Shown one piece after another: positions 28,468 through 38,892 of a stretch of DNA of 60,725 nt. Source of the stretch: an uncultured Clostridia bacterium (GTDB taxonomy: Bacteria; Bacillota; Clostridia; TANB77; CAG-508). Within the stretch, counting starts at the first letter, position 1; every line of letters begins with the position of its first letter. The position numbers were made by a program, and so were the translations under genes. The stretch is from contig CAQPRV010000013.1 of the NCBI GenBank assembly GCA_948857205.1, positions 1 to 60,725 of the forward strand. Direction: 5' to 3'. The notes under the pieces are model-generated. The model saw nothing but the letters and a program-made list of their open reading frames with translations, ran no database searches and was not told the DNA's origin.

Positions 28468-29850
28468 CTAAAATTCAACTTTCTGTTGAATCCAACTATC
28501 AAGTTCATTAATATTAACTCTAACTTGTTCCATTGTATCTCTATCACGAATTGTAACTGTATCATCTTCAAGTGTATCAAAATCAACTGTAACACAATAA
28601 GGTGTACCTATCTCATCTTCTCTTCTATAACGTTTTCCAATAGAACCAGCCTCATCATAATCGCACATAAACTTCTTAGAAAGTTTATTATAAACTTCAT
28701 TAGCTTTATCTGACAGTTTTTTAGAAAGTGGTAAAACTGCAACTTTATATGGAGCGATAGCTGGATGTAGATGTAAAACTGTTCTAGTATCACCTTCTGC
28801 AATTTCTTCTTCATCATAAGCATTACATAAAAATGCAAGTACTACTCTATCAGCACCTAATGAAGGTTCAATAACGTATGGAACATACTTTTCACTTGTT
28901 TCTGGATCTTGATATGATAAATCTTGTTTTGAATGATTTATATGTTGTGATAAATCATAATCTGTTCTGTCTGCAATTCCCCATAATTCTCCCCAACCAA
29001 AAGGAAAACTAAATTCTATATCAGTAGTTGCTTTACTGTAAAATACTAATTCCTCTGGTGAATGATCTCTTAATCTTATATTTTCTTCTTTTATTCCTAA
29101 ATCTAATAGCCATTTTTTACAATAGTCTTTCCAATACTTATGCCATTCTAAATCTGTTCCTGGCTTACAAAAGAATTCTAATTCCATTTGCTCAAATTCA
29201 CGTGTTCTAAAGGTAAAATTTCCTGGTGTTATTTCATTTCTAAAAGCTTTTCCAATTTGTGCTATTCCCATTGGCATTTTCTTTCTTGAAGTACGTAATA
29301 CATTTTTAAAATCCACAAAAATTCCTTGTGCAGTCTCTGGTCTTAAATATATTTCTGATGTTGAATCTTCTGTTACGCCTTGGAAAGTTTTAAACATTAA
29401 ATTAAATTTTCTAATATCTGTAAAGTTAGTTTTTCCACAAGTTAGACATGGAATTTTATTTTTAGAAATAAATTCAATCATATCTTTATCTTCCATTCCA
29501 TCAGCTATCATATCTTTTCCTTGTTCATGTGCCCATTCTTCAATTAACTTATCTGCTCTATGTCTTGTTTTACATTCTTTACAATCAATAAGTGGATCTG
29601 AAAAACCACCTATATGACCAGATGCAACCCATGTTTCTGGATTCATTAATATTGCAGCATCCAATCCTACTATATCTTTTTGCTCTTGAATAAACTTTTT
29701 TCTCCAAGCATTTTTAACATTATTTTTTATTTCATTTCCTAATGGACCATAATCCCAAGTATTTGCTAGTCCCCCATAAATCTCAGAACCTGCATAAATG
29801 ATTCCTCTATTTTTACATAATGCAACTAAAGTATCCATTGATTTTAACAT
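28468..29850 (-). CDS. glyQS: Glycine--tRNA ligase (dimeric class II type)
   Basis: 460 aa, colinear with the GlyQS pattern ([63 protein letters not shown]). Confidence 0.95.
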   Translation of the reverse strand: MLKSMDTLVALCKNRGIIYAGSEIYGGLANTWDYGPLGNEIKNNVKNAWRKKFIQEQKDIVGLDAAILMNPETWVASGHIGGFSDPLIDCKECKTRHRADKLIEEWAHEQGKDMIADGMEDKDMIEFISKNKIPCLTCGKTNFTDIRKFNLMFKTFQGVTEDSTSEIYLRPETAQGIFVDFKNVLRTSRKKMPMGIAQIGKAFRNEITPGNFTFRTREFEQMELEFFCKPGTDLEWHKYWKDYCKKWLLDLGIKEENIRLRDHSPEELVFYSKATTDIEFSFPFGWGELWGIADRTDYDLSQHINHSKQDLSYQDPETSEKYVPYVIEPSLGADRVVLAFLCNAYDEEEIAEGDTRTVLHLHPAIAPYKVAVLPLSKKLSDKANEVYNKLSKKFMCDYDEAGSIGKRYRREDEIGTPYCVTVDFDTLEDDTVTIRDRDTMEQVRVNINELDSWIQQKVEF

Positions 29851-30033
29851 AAAAATTCCTCCTCTTTTCTTTATATAACTAAATAAACTACATATTTTTT
29901 TACTTTGGCTGGAATAATTTAATTATTTCTTATTACTTTATACCAAAAGTTTATAATTAAAGTTATGATTTTTTCCTCAATCACAGATTGTAGCTTTTAT
30001 ATAATAGGAAAGTTATACTTTCCTATTGTATAA

Positions 30034-30225
30034 AAAAACTTCCGAACCTAGCTATATAAGCTAGGGACGAAAGTTAACTTTTCCGCGTTTCCACCCTAAT
30101 TCTTAAAACCTCTTTTGTTTTAAGCACCTTAATTATTATTACTCCAAAGCTCCCCATACTTATTTATTATTGGAATTCCACCAGCACCAATTCTCTGTTT
30201 ATAAATTTTTCAGTATTTTTTCTTC
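30034..30225 (-). promoter_or_regulatory. T-box leader (glycine) upstream of glyQS
   Basis: The minus strand contains the T-box sequence attagggtggaaacgcgg (about 30083-30100). It is followed by a terminator hairpin (cgtccctagc ttatata gctaggttcgg) and a T-run. A stem-I-like AGAGA and a GGU/GGA-containing segment (cagagaattggtgctggtggaattcc) lie upstream. Confidence 0.75.
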
Positions 30226-30352
30226 TTCATTGTAATTAATAGTTATTTAATTTCATATATTATATTATCTGTTATAAAAAAAGTCAATATTTTTAATAAA
30301 AGATATTGATAATTTTATTTTTTTGTGTTAATATATAAAATGTATTATTTAT

Positions 30353-30427
30353 AGGGGTATAGTGTTAATGGTAGCACATCGGTCTCCAAAACCGCCTGTG
30401 AGGGTTCGAATCCTTCTACCCCTGCCA
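30353..30427 (+). tRNA. tRNA-Trp (anticodon CCA)
   Basis: Acceptor stem aggggta/tacccct, anticodon loop CUCCAAA, T-arm ggttcgaatcc, encoded 3' CCA. Candidate promoter: ttgata (30306-30311), 17-nt spacer, taatat (30329-30334). Confidence 0.9.
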
Positions 30428-30434
30428 CAAAATA

Positions 30435-30466
30435 TCCCTAATATGAAACTTGTTAGGGAATTTTTT
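30435..30466 (+). terminator. Terminator after tRNA-Trp (also faces the convergent HD gene)
   Basis: tccctaa ... ttaggga hairpin followed by tttttt. Confidence 0.6.
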
Positions 30467-30468
30467 GA

Positions 30469-31068
30469 TTATCTTTCATTATTATTAATTGTATCTAGTG
30501 TACATTTTAGCATAGGATTAAGTTCTCTTTCTTCTTTATTAGCTCTTTTTATTTTAAGTTTTATTATTTCTCTAATGCATTCATTTATTTCACTAATTTC
30601 ATTAGATTCTATTTTTTTAAGTATATCATTTTTCTTACCTGGTTCAACATTATCTGCTATAAAAACAATCTTTTCTAAATCACTCATATTTTCGCTGCCA
30701 GCAACATGAGATGAAATTGCTACAGATATTGTATGAAACCTTTCAATATCATTTTTATTAAATTCTTGTTCAAAAAGTAAAGCACTAGCTTTGCCATGTA
30801 ATGAAGTTATATTTTCAAACAATTCAAAGTCAAATAATTCTACTTTATTTCTAATACATAATTCTAATATTTCTCTTTTATTTAATGATTTTCCTATATC
30901 GTGGAGTAGTCCTGCAATGATAGCATCTTCTTTTGATACACCCCATTTTGTGGCTAATATCTTTCCTGTTTGTGCTACTCTTATAGAATGTTCAAATCTT
31001 TTTTCATTTGTCTTTTCCAAATATTTTCTTAAAACTAATAGTGCATTTTTTCTTGTTATATCTAGCAT
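30469..31068 (-). CDS. HD-domain phosphohydrolase (YqeK-like)
   Basis: H...HD motif context (FEHSIRVAQT, LLHDIGK); 199 aa. Confidence 0.65.
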   Translation of the reverse strand: MLDITRKNALLVLRKYLEKTNEKRFEHSIRVAQTGKILATKWGVSKEDAIIAGLLHDIGKSLNKREILELCIRNKVELFDFELFENITSLHGKASALLFEQEFNKNDIERFHTISVAISSHVAGSENMSDLEKIVFIADNVEPGKKNDILKKIESNEISEINECIREIIKLKIKRANKEERELNPMLKCTLDTINNNER

Positions 31069-31208
31069 TATAGCATTCTCCTTTAGGATATATTTTCATA
31101 TTTATTATAGTAGATTTTAATTGCATTGTCAATTTTATGTACCATTCCCCCTTTGACTTATGGTAAGTAAAGGTTATAATTCAGCAAATAGCTCTTGTCT
31201 TAAACTTC

Positions 31209-31393
31209 CTAAGCCCAAACAAATCTTGATTTTTGTTGCAGATAATTAAATAATGGGAAGTAAAATCTCTAAAATATTTATTCAAATTCTCGGTAGCCTT
31301 ACAAATTTTCATAAATATTTTAGAGATTTTCTTCCCTTATATAAAATGAATTTCCACTAAAAAGTCAAGATTTGTAGGTCTTAGGTAGCGTAG
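31209..31393. repeat. Family-5 repeat, two copies in inverted orientation forming a palindrome of about 185 bp
   Basis: 31209-31307 is the reverse complement of the 118-220 copy. 31311-31393 is a direct copy (ataaatattttaga...cttccct...caagatttgtagg.cttagg). Confidence 0.7.
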
Positions 31394-31494
31394 ATTAATA
31401 CTTATTATAAAAAAAAATTAAGATTTACTAACTTAAAACTTATCTGTACATAGTACAAACTTTTACAAAAGTAACTAAAAAAATTAAAGAGGAG

Positions 31495-32089
31495 ATGATC
31501 TACATAACTAATTTAATTAATAAAATTCTAATAATTATAATCATATTATCAATTCTAATATGTATTTTCTTTATTCCTATTATAAATTCAAATACCTATT
31601 CAACTTCTGGAAACTTAGATTCAGAGATTATAGATTTTAACCCAGATGGATTTGTTTGGCCTATTCCTGGCTATACTAGAATTAGCTCAAATTTTGGTAA
31701 ACGTGTATCTCCAACAAGTGGTGCTTCATCTTCACATTCTGGTATTGATATTCCTGCTCCACCTGGTAGTAAATTTATTGCAGTTTCAGATGGTGAAATT
31801 ACTTTTTGCCAATTTTTGGGTGCTGGTGGTTATACCATAACTCTTTCATTTGATAATTTTAAAGTTAGTTATTGTCATTGTGATCCTAACTTTATTGTCT
31901 CAGTTGGAGATAAAATTAAACAGGGACAAGTTATAGGATATGTAGGTCCTAAAAATGTTTACGGTGTTAAAGGTAATCAATATTTTGATAGTGAAGGCAA
32001 ACCTACTAATCGGTGCCACAACAGGTCCTCATTTACATTTAGGTTTAAGAATTGATGGAAAATATGTTAATCCTTTAGATTTCTTTTAA
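31495..32089 (+). CDS. M23 family metallopeptidase; frame interrupted at in-frame CGG (32011-32013)
   Basis: HSGIDIPAPPGS and the Y.H catalytic region are in the upstream frame. The essential C-terminal GATTGPHLHLGLRIDGKYVNPLDFF* is in the +1 frame, starting at GGT 32012. Confidence 0.75.
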
Positions 32090-32109
32090 AATTAATTAGT
32101 ATAAAACAA

Positions 32110-32400
32110 AAGCGACATGATTAAAATATTTTGTCCTTTTAATTTACTTAGATGTCCCGTTTTTGTTCGCCCGCAAAAATTCTGGAAGAATTTTCTGTAG
32201 AATGTGTTTTTGTTGTATAGAAATTCCTATACAAGAACAAATAAGAAAATCAAAGATTTTCTTTAATTTGTTCTCGCCCAATTTGAGTTTTCGACTGTAA
32301 GGAGAAAATCTCAAAGGGCTAGCGATTGTAGCTTTTATACAATAGGGAAGTATGACTTTCCTATTGTATAAAAAATAGGATTACACTTTTTCGTAACCCT
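32110..32400. repeat. Mosaic multi-hairpin intergenic repeat block (families 3 and 4); related block at 59221-59400
   Basis: A chain of hairpins (ttgtatagaaattcctatacaa; gaacaaataagaaaatcaaagattttctttaatttgttc; cccaatttgagttttc...gaaaatctcaaaggg; tatacaataggg...cctattgtata). The segment gaacaaataagaaa...ttctc.cccaatttgagttttcga recurs at 59240-59310. Confidence 0.75.
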
Positions 32401-32409
32401 ACTTCTATT

Positions 32410-32901
32410 TTACATGTCTTCGTCATCTTGTTTTTCGATTTCTTCTTCCTCTTCATCGTATTCTTCGTGACAACCATGACAACTATGGCAACTTCCATTA
32501 CATGCGTCTTCATCTATGTCTCCTGTCCAATCTAGTTCAATTGTATTATTACATTCTGGACATTGTATTTCTGTCTTGTTTTCATCAATATCTAATATAA
32601 ATTCATTGTTGCAATATGGACATACAATTTCAAAATCGAATCCTTCTTCAGAATAAATGTCTTTTTCTATATTGTCTATAACTTGTTGCATTTTTGCCAT
32701 TCTTTCATTTAAGTCTTTTTGTGTATTTTCTAATTGTTCTAGTTTTTCTTCTTTATAGTCCATTGCATCATTCATTTGTTTTACAAAACCATCTATAAAT
32801 GATGTAAATCTTTCTTTAATATATTCTAAGTCTTCTTTGTTTTTTATGTTTTTTTCTAAGTCATCTAAAAAACTCTTATATTCGTTTTTTAATAAAGCCA
32901 T
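32410..32901 (-). CDS. Zinc-ribbon protein with coiled-coil N-terminus and acidic Cys/His-rich tail
   Basis: CPYCNNEF...CPECNN and CNGSCHSCHGCHEE. The start is placed at MALLKNEY (RBS aaaggtga), which removes the overlap with efp. Confidence 0.5.
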   Translation of the reverse strand: MALLKNEYKSFLDDLEKNIKNKEDLEYIKERFTSFIDGFVKQMNDAMDYKEEKLEQLENTQKDLNERMAKMQQVIDNIEKDIYSEEGFDFEIVCPYCNNEFILDIDENKTEIQCPECNNTIELDWTGDIDEDACNGSCHSCHGCHEEYDEEEEEIEKQDDEDM

Positions 32902-32918
32902 TTTGATACTCACCTTTC

Positions 32919-33485
32919 TTAAACTCTTTCCATATATTCGCATGTTCTTGTATCAATTTTTAATATATCTCCAATATTTACGAATAATGGTACTTGTACT
33001 TCTAATCCTGTTTCTAGTTTTGCTGGTTTTCCTGATGTTGTTGTTGTATTACCACTAAATCCAGGTTCAGTATATGTAACTTCTAATTCAACAAATGTAG
33101 GAGGTTCAACTGCAAATATATTTCCTTTAAATGAAAGTATAGTTACTTCCATATTTTCTTTTAAATATTTTAAGCAATCACCTAGTTGTTCTTCATTTAA
33201 TGGAATTTGATCATATGTTTCATTATCCATGAAATAATATAACCCACCATCATTATATAGATATTGCATTATTTTTTTCTCTATTTCTGCCGCTGGAAAT
33301 TTATCAGATGGATTAAATGTTTTTTCTAATGTTGCTCCTGATATTACATTTTTTAATTTTGTTCTTACAAATGCTGAGCCCTTTCCTGGTTTTACATGTT
33401 GAAATTCTACTACTCTATATACATTTCCTTCCATTTCAAAAGTTGTTCCATTTCTAAAATCTCCTGCTGAATATACTGATGCCAT
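32919..33485 (-). CDS. efp: Translation elongation factor P
   Basis: [47 protein letters not shown] matches the EF-P pattern. RBS aaggag lies upstream of this ATG; the longer ORF-track start is an extension. Confidence 0.95.
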   Translation of the reverse strand: MASVYSAGDFRNGTTFEMEGNVYRVVEFQHVKPGKGSAFVRTKLKNVISGATLEKTFNPSDKFPAAEIEKKIMQYLYNDGGLYYFMDNETYDQIPLNEEQLGDCLKYLKENMEVTILSFKGNIFAVEPPTFVELEVTYTEPGFSGNTTTTSGKPAKLETGLEVQVPLFVNIGDILKIDTRTCEYMERV

Positions 33486-33682
33486 AATTATTCTCCTTTC
33501 AATTACTGGAACTGCTTTACTTATTACAGTTTCAGAATACATATTATATTTCTTTTCTATTTTTAAACTTTATTAATTTTACTATAAAAATCTGGAAAAA
33601 TCAACCTTTTGATATTATTTTCATTTTTTTAATGTTTTATGTGTTATCTTTTACTAAAGTTGTTTTTTATATAATTTTTTAT

Positions 33683-34741
33683 CTATATTATAATATAATT
33701 TTTCTCAGATTTTGTTAAACTTATACAACCAAATTTTGTAATTTGTACTGTATCTTCTATTCTTATTCCAAATTTCCCTGGAATGTAAATTCCTGGTTCA
33801 TCTGTTACTACCATGTTCTCTTTAAGTACTGCTTCTGTTCTTCCATTAATATATGGTGACTCATGAATTTCCATTCCAACACCATGTCCTAATCCATGTA
33901 TTAAATCATAACCTTTTAGTCTAAAATCATTTTCTACCATTTTAGCTAACATTCTTATACTTGTTCCATCTCTCATTTGTTGTATTATTTGATTCTGATT
34001 TTTTAGAACTATATCATATACTCTTTTTATTTCTTCTGGTATATTACCAACAAAAAATGTTCTAGTCATATCTGAACAATATCTGTTTACTTTACATCCC
34101 ATATCTATAGTTATTATATCTTGCTCTTGTATCTTTCTTTCTGTTGGTATAGCATGTGGCATTGATGTGTTTTCTCCTGATGCTACTATTGTTTCAAATG
34201 ATACCCCATATGATCTTGTTTTGTAATATTCATCTATTTCATTTGCTATTTGCTTTTCTGTCATTCCAACCTTAATATAATCTAATATGTATGAAAAACA
34301 ATTATCTGTTATTTCACATGCCTTTTTTATATTACTTATTTCTTCTTCATCTTTAATCATTCTTTGTTTTTCAATTATATTTTCGGTCTCAACAAAATTG
34401 TTAATTTTATATTTTCTAATATATTCTTTGTAATTTGAGTATGTTACATAGTTTTCTTCAAATCCCACATTTTCACAATACATAAAAAAATTCTCATAGT
34501 CTTGTTGTGATATTCCTTTTATATCATAGACTATTATTTCATCATATAATGTTAATATGCTATGTATATGCTCTATATATCTTCCATCTGTAATAAATAT
34601 GTTTTCTTTTCTTGTTAATAATAAAATTCCTTCTGCATCTATATTTGTTAAGTATTTTATATTTATTGGATTAGATATTATTAACCCCTGCAAATCAGAT
34701 GTTGACATTTTATTTCTTAACCATTGTAATTTAGGATTCAT
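33683..34741 (-). CDS. M24 family Xaa-Pro aminopeptidase/dipeptidase
   Basis: C-terminal pita-bread fold motifs (DMGCKVNRYCSDMTRTF, HGLGHGVGMEIHE, EPGIY, IRIED). Confidence 0.85.
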   Translation of the reverse strand: MNPKLQWLRNKMSTSDLQGLIISNPINIKYLTNIDAEGILLLTRKENIFITDGRYIEHIHSILTLYDEIIVYDIKGISQQDYENFFMYCENVGFEENYVTYSNYKEYIRKYKINNFVETENIIEKQRMIKDEEEISNIKKACEITDNCFSYILDYIKVGMTEKQIANEIDEYYKTRSYGVSFETIVASGENTSMPHAIPTERKIQEQDIITIDMGCKVNRYCSDMTRTFFVGNIPEEIKRVYDIVLKNQNQIIQQMRDGTSIRMLAKMVENDFRLKGYDLIHGLGHGVGMEIHESPYINGRTEAVLKENMVVTDEPGIYIPGKFGIRIEDTVQITKFGCISLTKSEKNYIII

Positions 34742-34764
34742 ATTAGATTTCTCCTCTTATTTTT

Positions 34765-35517
34765 TTATCCTTTATACATTCCTAGCGTAAATATTTGCAT
34801 TAATACTGCTTTTATTTGCTCAAATGGTATGTACATACTTATATAAGTTGCAAGTGCAATAAATGGTCCGAAAGGTATATATTCATCTGTTCTTTTTCTT
34901 TTGGATACCAATAAAAATATACTTAATATTGCCCCAATTAAAAATGATACTAATGTAATTATAATAATATTTGAAAATCCGAAATATATTCCTAAAGCTC
35001 CCATTAATTTTACATCACCAAATCCCATTGCCTCTTTTCCATAAAAGAGTCCTCCTATTAATGTAATTAATAAGAATATTCCCCCTCCTACTAACATTCC
35101 TAGTAACATATTTATTGTGATTGCGACATTTGATAGTCCATATATAAATGCTAATATTATTCCTATTTCAAAAATTGTCAAGTTTAGTCTATTAGGTATT
35201 ATTTGTAATTTATAATCTATTATGAATACTGATAATAACATTGGTGACAATATTAAAAATTTTATTAAATCTAGATTTCCAATTAATGTTTCTTTTATTC
35301 CATATACATATATTAATGTAATATATATTATTGATGTCACAAACATTAATATATAGTTTGGTTTAAAATTTACTTTGTATTCAGTTATTATATCTTTTGA
35401 TATTACTTTTTTATATTCTGGTAATCTTTTATTAGCCCAATCAACTATTTGCCCAACAAATAATCCTACTATTGCTGCTAATATATAGTATAATATATGT
35501 ACATCATTAAAATACAT
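34765..35517 (-). CDS. Prepilin peptidase (A24 family)
   Basis: Polytopic membrane protein with the GFGDVKL and IPFGPF motifs. Confidence 0.8.
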   Translation of the reverse strand: MYFNDVHILYYILAAIVGLFVGQIVDWANKRLPEYKKVISKDIITEYKVNFKPNYILMFVTSIIYITLIYVYGIKETLIGNLDLIKFLILSPMLLSVFIIDYKLQIIPNRLNLTIFEIGIILAFIYGLSNVAITINMLLGMLVGGGIFLLITLIGGLFYGKEAMGFGDVKLMGALGIYFGFSNIIIITLVSFLIGAILSIFLLVSKRKRTDEYIPFGPFIALATYISMYIPFEQIKAVLMQIFTLGMYKG

Positions 35518-35545
35518 ATTTTTTCTCCTTTTATCTCTTTATTTT

Positions 35546-36043
35546 TTAGATATGTTTTGTCTTTTGTATTTTACTTTTTATTTTATTTTCTAATGGTCTT
35601 TTCCATGCTGTATAGAAAAAGTCTTTTTCTTCAATTGGATCTACTAATATTGTAAACATATTACACCTATTTCCTCCAACTATATCTGTAAAAATTTGAT
35701 CTCCTACTACCCCTATTTTATCAGCTTCTTCTTTGAGTTCTTTTTTAGTTTTTAAAAAGCCCATTTTTAAAGGCTTTTTTGCAAAGTTGATATATGGAAT
35801 ATTTAATTTTTTTGATACATTTTCTACTTTTTTCTTGTTATTTGAATTTGATAATATATAAAATTTTATACCTTGACCTCTTAGTTCTTTTACCCAATTT
35901 ACTTTTTCTTCTGATAGGTTTTCGTTATAGTCTATTAATGTATTATCTATATCTAATATTAATGCTTTTAATTTTTTTTCTTTTAAAAATTGTATTGTTA
36001 TTTCTTCGACTTTACTAAAATATGCCTTTGGATATAAGTTCAT
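35546..36043 (-). CDS. YqeG-family HAD-IIIA phosphatase
   Basis: LILDIDNTL, ILSNS and GDQIFTDI motifs; 165 aa. Confidence 0.8.
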   Translation of the reverse strand: MNLYPKAYFSKVEEITIQFLKEKKLKALILDIDNTLIDYNENLSEEKVNWVKELRGQGIKFYILSNSNNKKKVENVSKKLNIPYINFAKKPLKMGFLKTKKELKEEADKIGVVGDQIFTDIVGGNRCNMFTILVDPIEEKDFFYTAWKRPLENKIKSKIQKTKHI

Positions 36044-36143
36044 TTTTTCTCCTCACTTGTAAATTTACGTATATATTATCAATTCTGCTCATCTTTGTCA
36101 AGTTTAATGTTATTTCAAATTATTGCTACATACTAAACAATAT

Positions 36144-37856
36144 TTATAAAATTATTTCTTTGCTTTCTTTTTGAATAATATTAGAATATAACATATTTAT
36201 GAATCTTTTACTTTCTACTCTTTTATTAATATCATCATCAATTACATACTTCATATATACTCTTAAATCATATATGGTTTTTTCAATATTTTGTTTTCTC
36301 TGTATAGCTTCTTTTTGAATTTGTACATTCATTGATTGTATACCTTCATATGTTGGCATTCTTTGTTGCTTTAATACTTGGATTAGACTTTCAACTTTTT
36401 TAAAATATACTTTTATCTCAGGATTCTGACTCATTTTAGCTGAAATTATCTTTTCTTCCTTAATTCTTTTTAATATCGATGATACAATTATTGGACTCAT
36501 TTCTAATTCTTTAGCAATTTCAATATTATTCTTTTTTTCATTATATAAATTTATTACTTTTTCATCATTACTTCTATCTATTTCTTTATCTCCTACTAAC
36601 CCTAGAAATCTAAATTTTTGTATTTTTTGAGATAGAGTACTTAAATCTAATTTTGGTATTTTTTCACATATTAACTTATAATTATTTCCTTCATCATATA
36701 ACTTCATAATTTGAATATCTTTATTGCTATAATTCTCTCTCTCTTCTAATCTACCATATTTTCTTAAAGTCCTCATTTTCTTTTCTATTGTTTGCACACT
36801 TCTACCAAATGCTTCTGCAATTTCTTCTTTATCTTTTCCTTCATTCAATAATATTAATATTTTTTCTTCTTCTTCAATTTTTTTAATTATTTGTTTTAAT
36901 TTACTAATTCTTGTTTTTGTTATTGTTGAAATTTCCTCTACATTTTTTCCTTCTTTATATAATTTTCTTACTTTTTCTTCCTCTATGTCTTTTCCACCTT
37001 CACATATTCTTCCTTCTTGTTTTAGTTTTTTTATTATTATATATACCATACTTGTAGATTCGCCTATATCTTTTGAAAATTCCTCTGGAGTTTTTCCTTC
37101 ACTATATAATTTAATTATATTATTTTCTAGTTCAATTTTTTTTATCTCTTGCATAACTGTATCAGGAATTTCTCCTATTTCTTTCTCTATTTCTTTTATT
37201 GTCATTCCATTTTTATATAATTTTATAATTTTTACTTCCTTTTCATTCTTTTGACGTTTTTTTTCTTTAAGTTGTTTATCTTTTATATCCTTTATCTCTT
37301 CTAATTCAGGTACTCTCTCTTTAATCTTACCTTTTATTTTCAGTTGATTCAAACTTTTATATATAATTTTAATATCATCTAGTAATTCTATTATTTGTTC
37401 TATCGTTTTCCCTTCATTATATAATTTCATTATTGTTTCTTTGTATATTCTTTGTAATATTTTAGATATAGTCTTACTAGATCTACCTACCTTTTTTCCT
37501 ATCTCTTCCATTGTTTTTCCTTCTTTACGAAGTTGTAAAATTTCTTCATCATTAATTTCTGTTTCCTCTAATTGTTTGTCTTTTTTCAATCTTTTTATTA
37601 TTAGAGATACATCTTTTTGCGTTTTTCCAATTATCTCTGCTATCTCTTTTTGAGTTTTTCTGTTATTATATAATTTAATTACTAAATCATCAATAAATTT
37701 TCCTCTTTGTATTACTCTTTCTTGATTTCTTAAATTATTTATTATATTAGATACTTTTTTTTGGGTTAATTTCATTTTTTCTGCTATTTCTCTTTGGCTA
37801 TTTCCTTCTTGATATAGTTGTACAATTTTTTCTACATTTATATTTTCATCTTTCAT
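36144..37856 (-). CDS. Protein built from about ten tandem helix-turn-helix repeats
   Basis: Period of about 55 aa; repeat consensus [IV].KLY.EGKT.EEIA..[IL]G.S..T[IV]..I[IL]K[KR][IL]K. Ten copies can be read from IVQLYQEGNSQREIAEKMKLTQKKVSNIINNL to KVINLYNEKKNNIEIAKELEMSPIIVSSILKRI, followed by a non-repeat tail of about 100 aa. Confidence 0.6.
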   Translation of the reverse strand: MKDENINVEKIVQLYQEGNSQREIAEKMKLTQKKVSNIINNLRNQERVIQRGKFIDDLVIKLYNNRKTQKEIAEIIGKTQKDVSLIIKRLKKDKQLEETEINDEEILQLRKEGKTMEEIGKKVGRSSKTISKILQRIYKETIMKLYNEGKTIEQIIELLDDIKIIYKSLNQLKIKGKIKERVPELEEIKDIKDKQLKEKKRQKNEKEVKIIKLYKNGMTIKEIEKEIGEIPDTVMQEIKKIELENNIIKLYSEGKTPEEFSKDIGESTSMVYIIIKKLKQEGRICEGGKDIEEEKVRKLYKEGKNVEEISTITKTRISKLKQIIKKIEEEEKILILLNEGKDKEEIAEAFGRSVQTIEKKMRTLRKYGRLEERENYSNKDIQIMKLYDEGNNYKLICEKIPKLDLSTLSQKIQKFRFLGLVGDKEIDRSNDEKVINLYNEKKNNIEIAKELEMSPIIVSSILKRIKEEKIISAKMSQNPEIKVYFKKVESLIQVLKQQRMPTYEGIQSMNVQIQKEAIQRKQNIEKTIYDLRVYMKYVIDDDINKRVESKRFINMLYSNIIQKESKEIIL

Positions 37857-38082
37857 TTCTTATCTTCTCCTTTTATGTAAATGATATCACTTATTATACT
37901 AAAATGTCAATTTTCACAAAAAAATTTTTTGATTTTTTTATTTCTTCTTAATTAATCTCCATCAGTTTAGAAAATTTCTTATTATTTTATTTTCAAGCAA
38001 CTCTAAAATAACTAGTTTTGGTATTATAAGGATAGTTATAATACTAAAACTAGTTACCCTAAATCTAGTTAATAATAAATTA

Positions 38083-38763
38083 TTATTTACAAAATCTATG
38101 TTTACCAATAGTTATAGTCATCGGTCTTGACCAAATCCATTTATTTGTTGCAGTAGCAGGATTAAAATAATAAATAGCATTATAAGTTGGATCCCAACCA
38201 TTTAAAGCATCTTGAGCAGCTTTTCTAGCTGTACTATCTGGAGACAAGTTAATTTGCCCATCAGAAACTGCGTCAAAAGCTCCAGATTGATAAATTACAC
38301 CAGCAATTGAATTAGGAAAAGAACTACTCTTAACCCTATTTAAAACAACAGCACCAACACCCACTTGACCTGTATATGGTTCACCCCTTGACTCACCATA
38401 GATAATACGTGCCAATAGATTTAAATCACTAGAATTACTAGAACTAGAGCCAGAATTACCTGATGAAGTTATTCCCATTGCTTTTAAAGTATTTGGTCCT
38501 GCAATCCCATCAGCAGTTAATCCATTTTTTCTTTGAAAATATTTTACAGCATTAACTGTTTGAGAACCATAAATTCCATCAATATTCCCTTTATAATATC
38601 CCCATCTTTTTAACTTAGTTTGTATCTGTGTAACCTCACTTCCACGAGAACCATATTTAGAAAGAGTCTCTACTGTATTATTTTTACAAAATATAAAAAG
38701 CAAAATAACACTTAAAAATATTAGACTAGATAAAATAATTATTCTTTTTTTATTTTTTAACAT
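38083..38763 (-). CDS. SleB/CwlJ-family cell wall hydrolase with PG_binding_1 domain
   Basis: Signal/TM, then GSRGSEVTQIQTKLKRWGYYKGNIDGIYGSQT (peptidoglycan-binding), a Ser-rich linker, and LLARIIYGESRGEPYTGQVGVGAVVLNRV (Hydrolase_2). Confidence 0.8.
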   Translation of the reverse strand: MLKNKKRIIILSSLIFLSVILLFIFCKNNTVETLSKYGSRGSEVTQIQTKLKRWGYYKGNIDGIYGSQTVNAVKYFQRKNGLTADGIAGPNTLKAMGITSSGNSGSSSSNSSDLNLLARIIYGESRGEPYTGQVGVGAVVLNRVKSSSFPNSIAGVIYQSGAFDAVSDGQINLSPDSTARKAAQDALNGWDPTYNAIYYFNPATATNKWIWSRPMTITIGKHRFCK

Positions 38764-38892
38764 AATAAAACCACCTATTAATAAAAATACTTTATTATAA
38801 GTATTTTTATCAATAACTGGTTTTATTATACATTTTAATTAATTTATTTTTTATATTTACCAAACAAACGATATAATAAAAAATAAAACACC

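Noticed and set aside
33486-33542. Longer N-terminal extensions given by the ORF track (efp to 33542, GDE to 41990, mtaD-like to 54306, rhodanese to 52393, membrane protein to 17232, GH25 to 5408, zinc-ribbon protein to 32943).
   Set aside because: Internal ATGs are preceded by good Shine-Dalgarno sequences and match the conserved protein N-termini. Some of the extensions are encoded by repeat arms or overlap the upstream gene.
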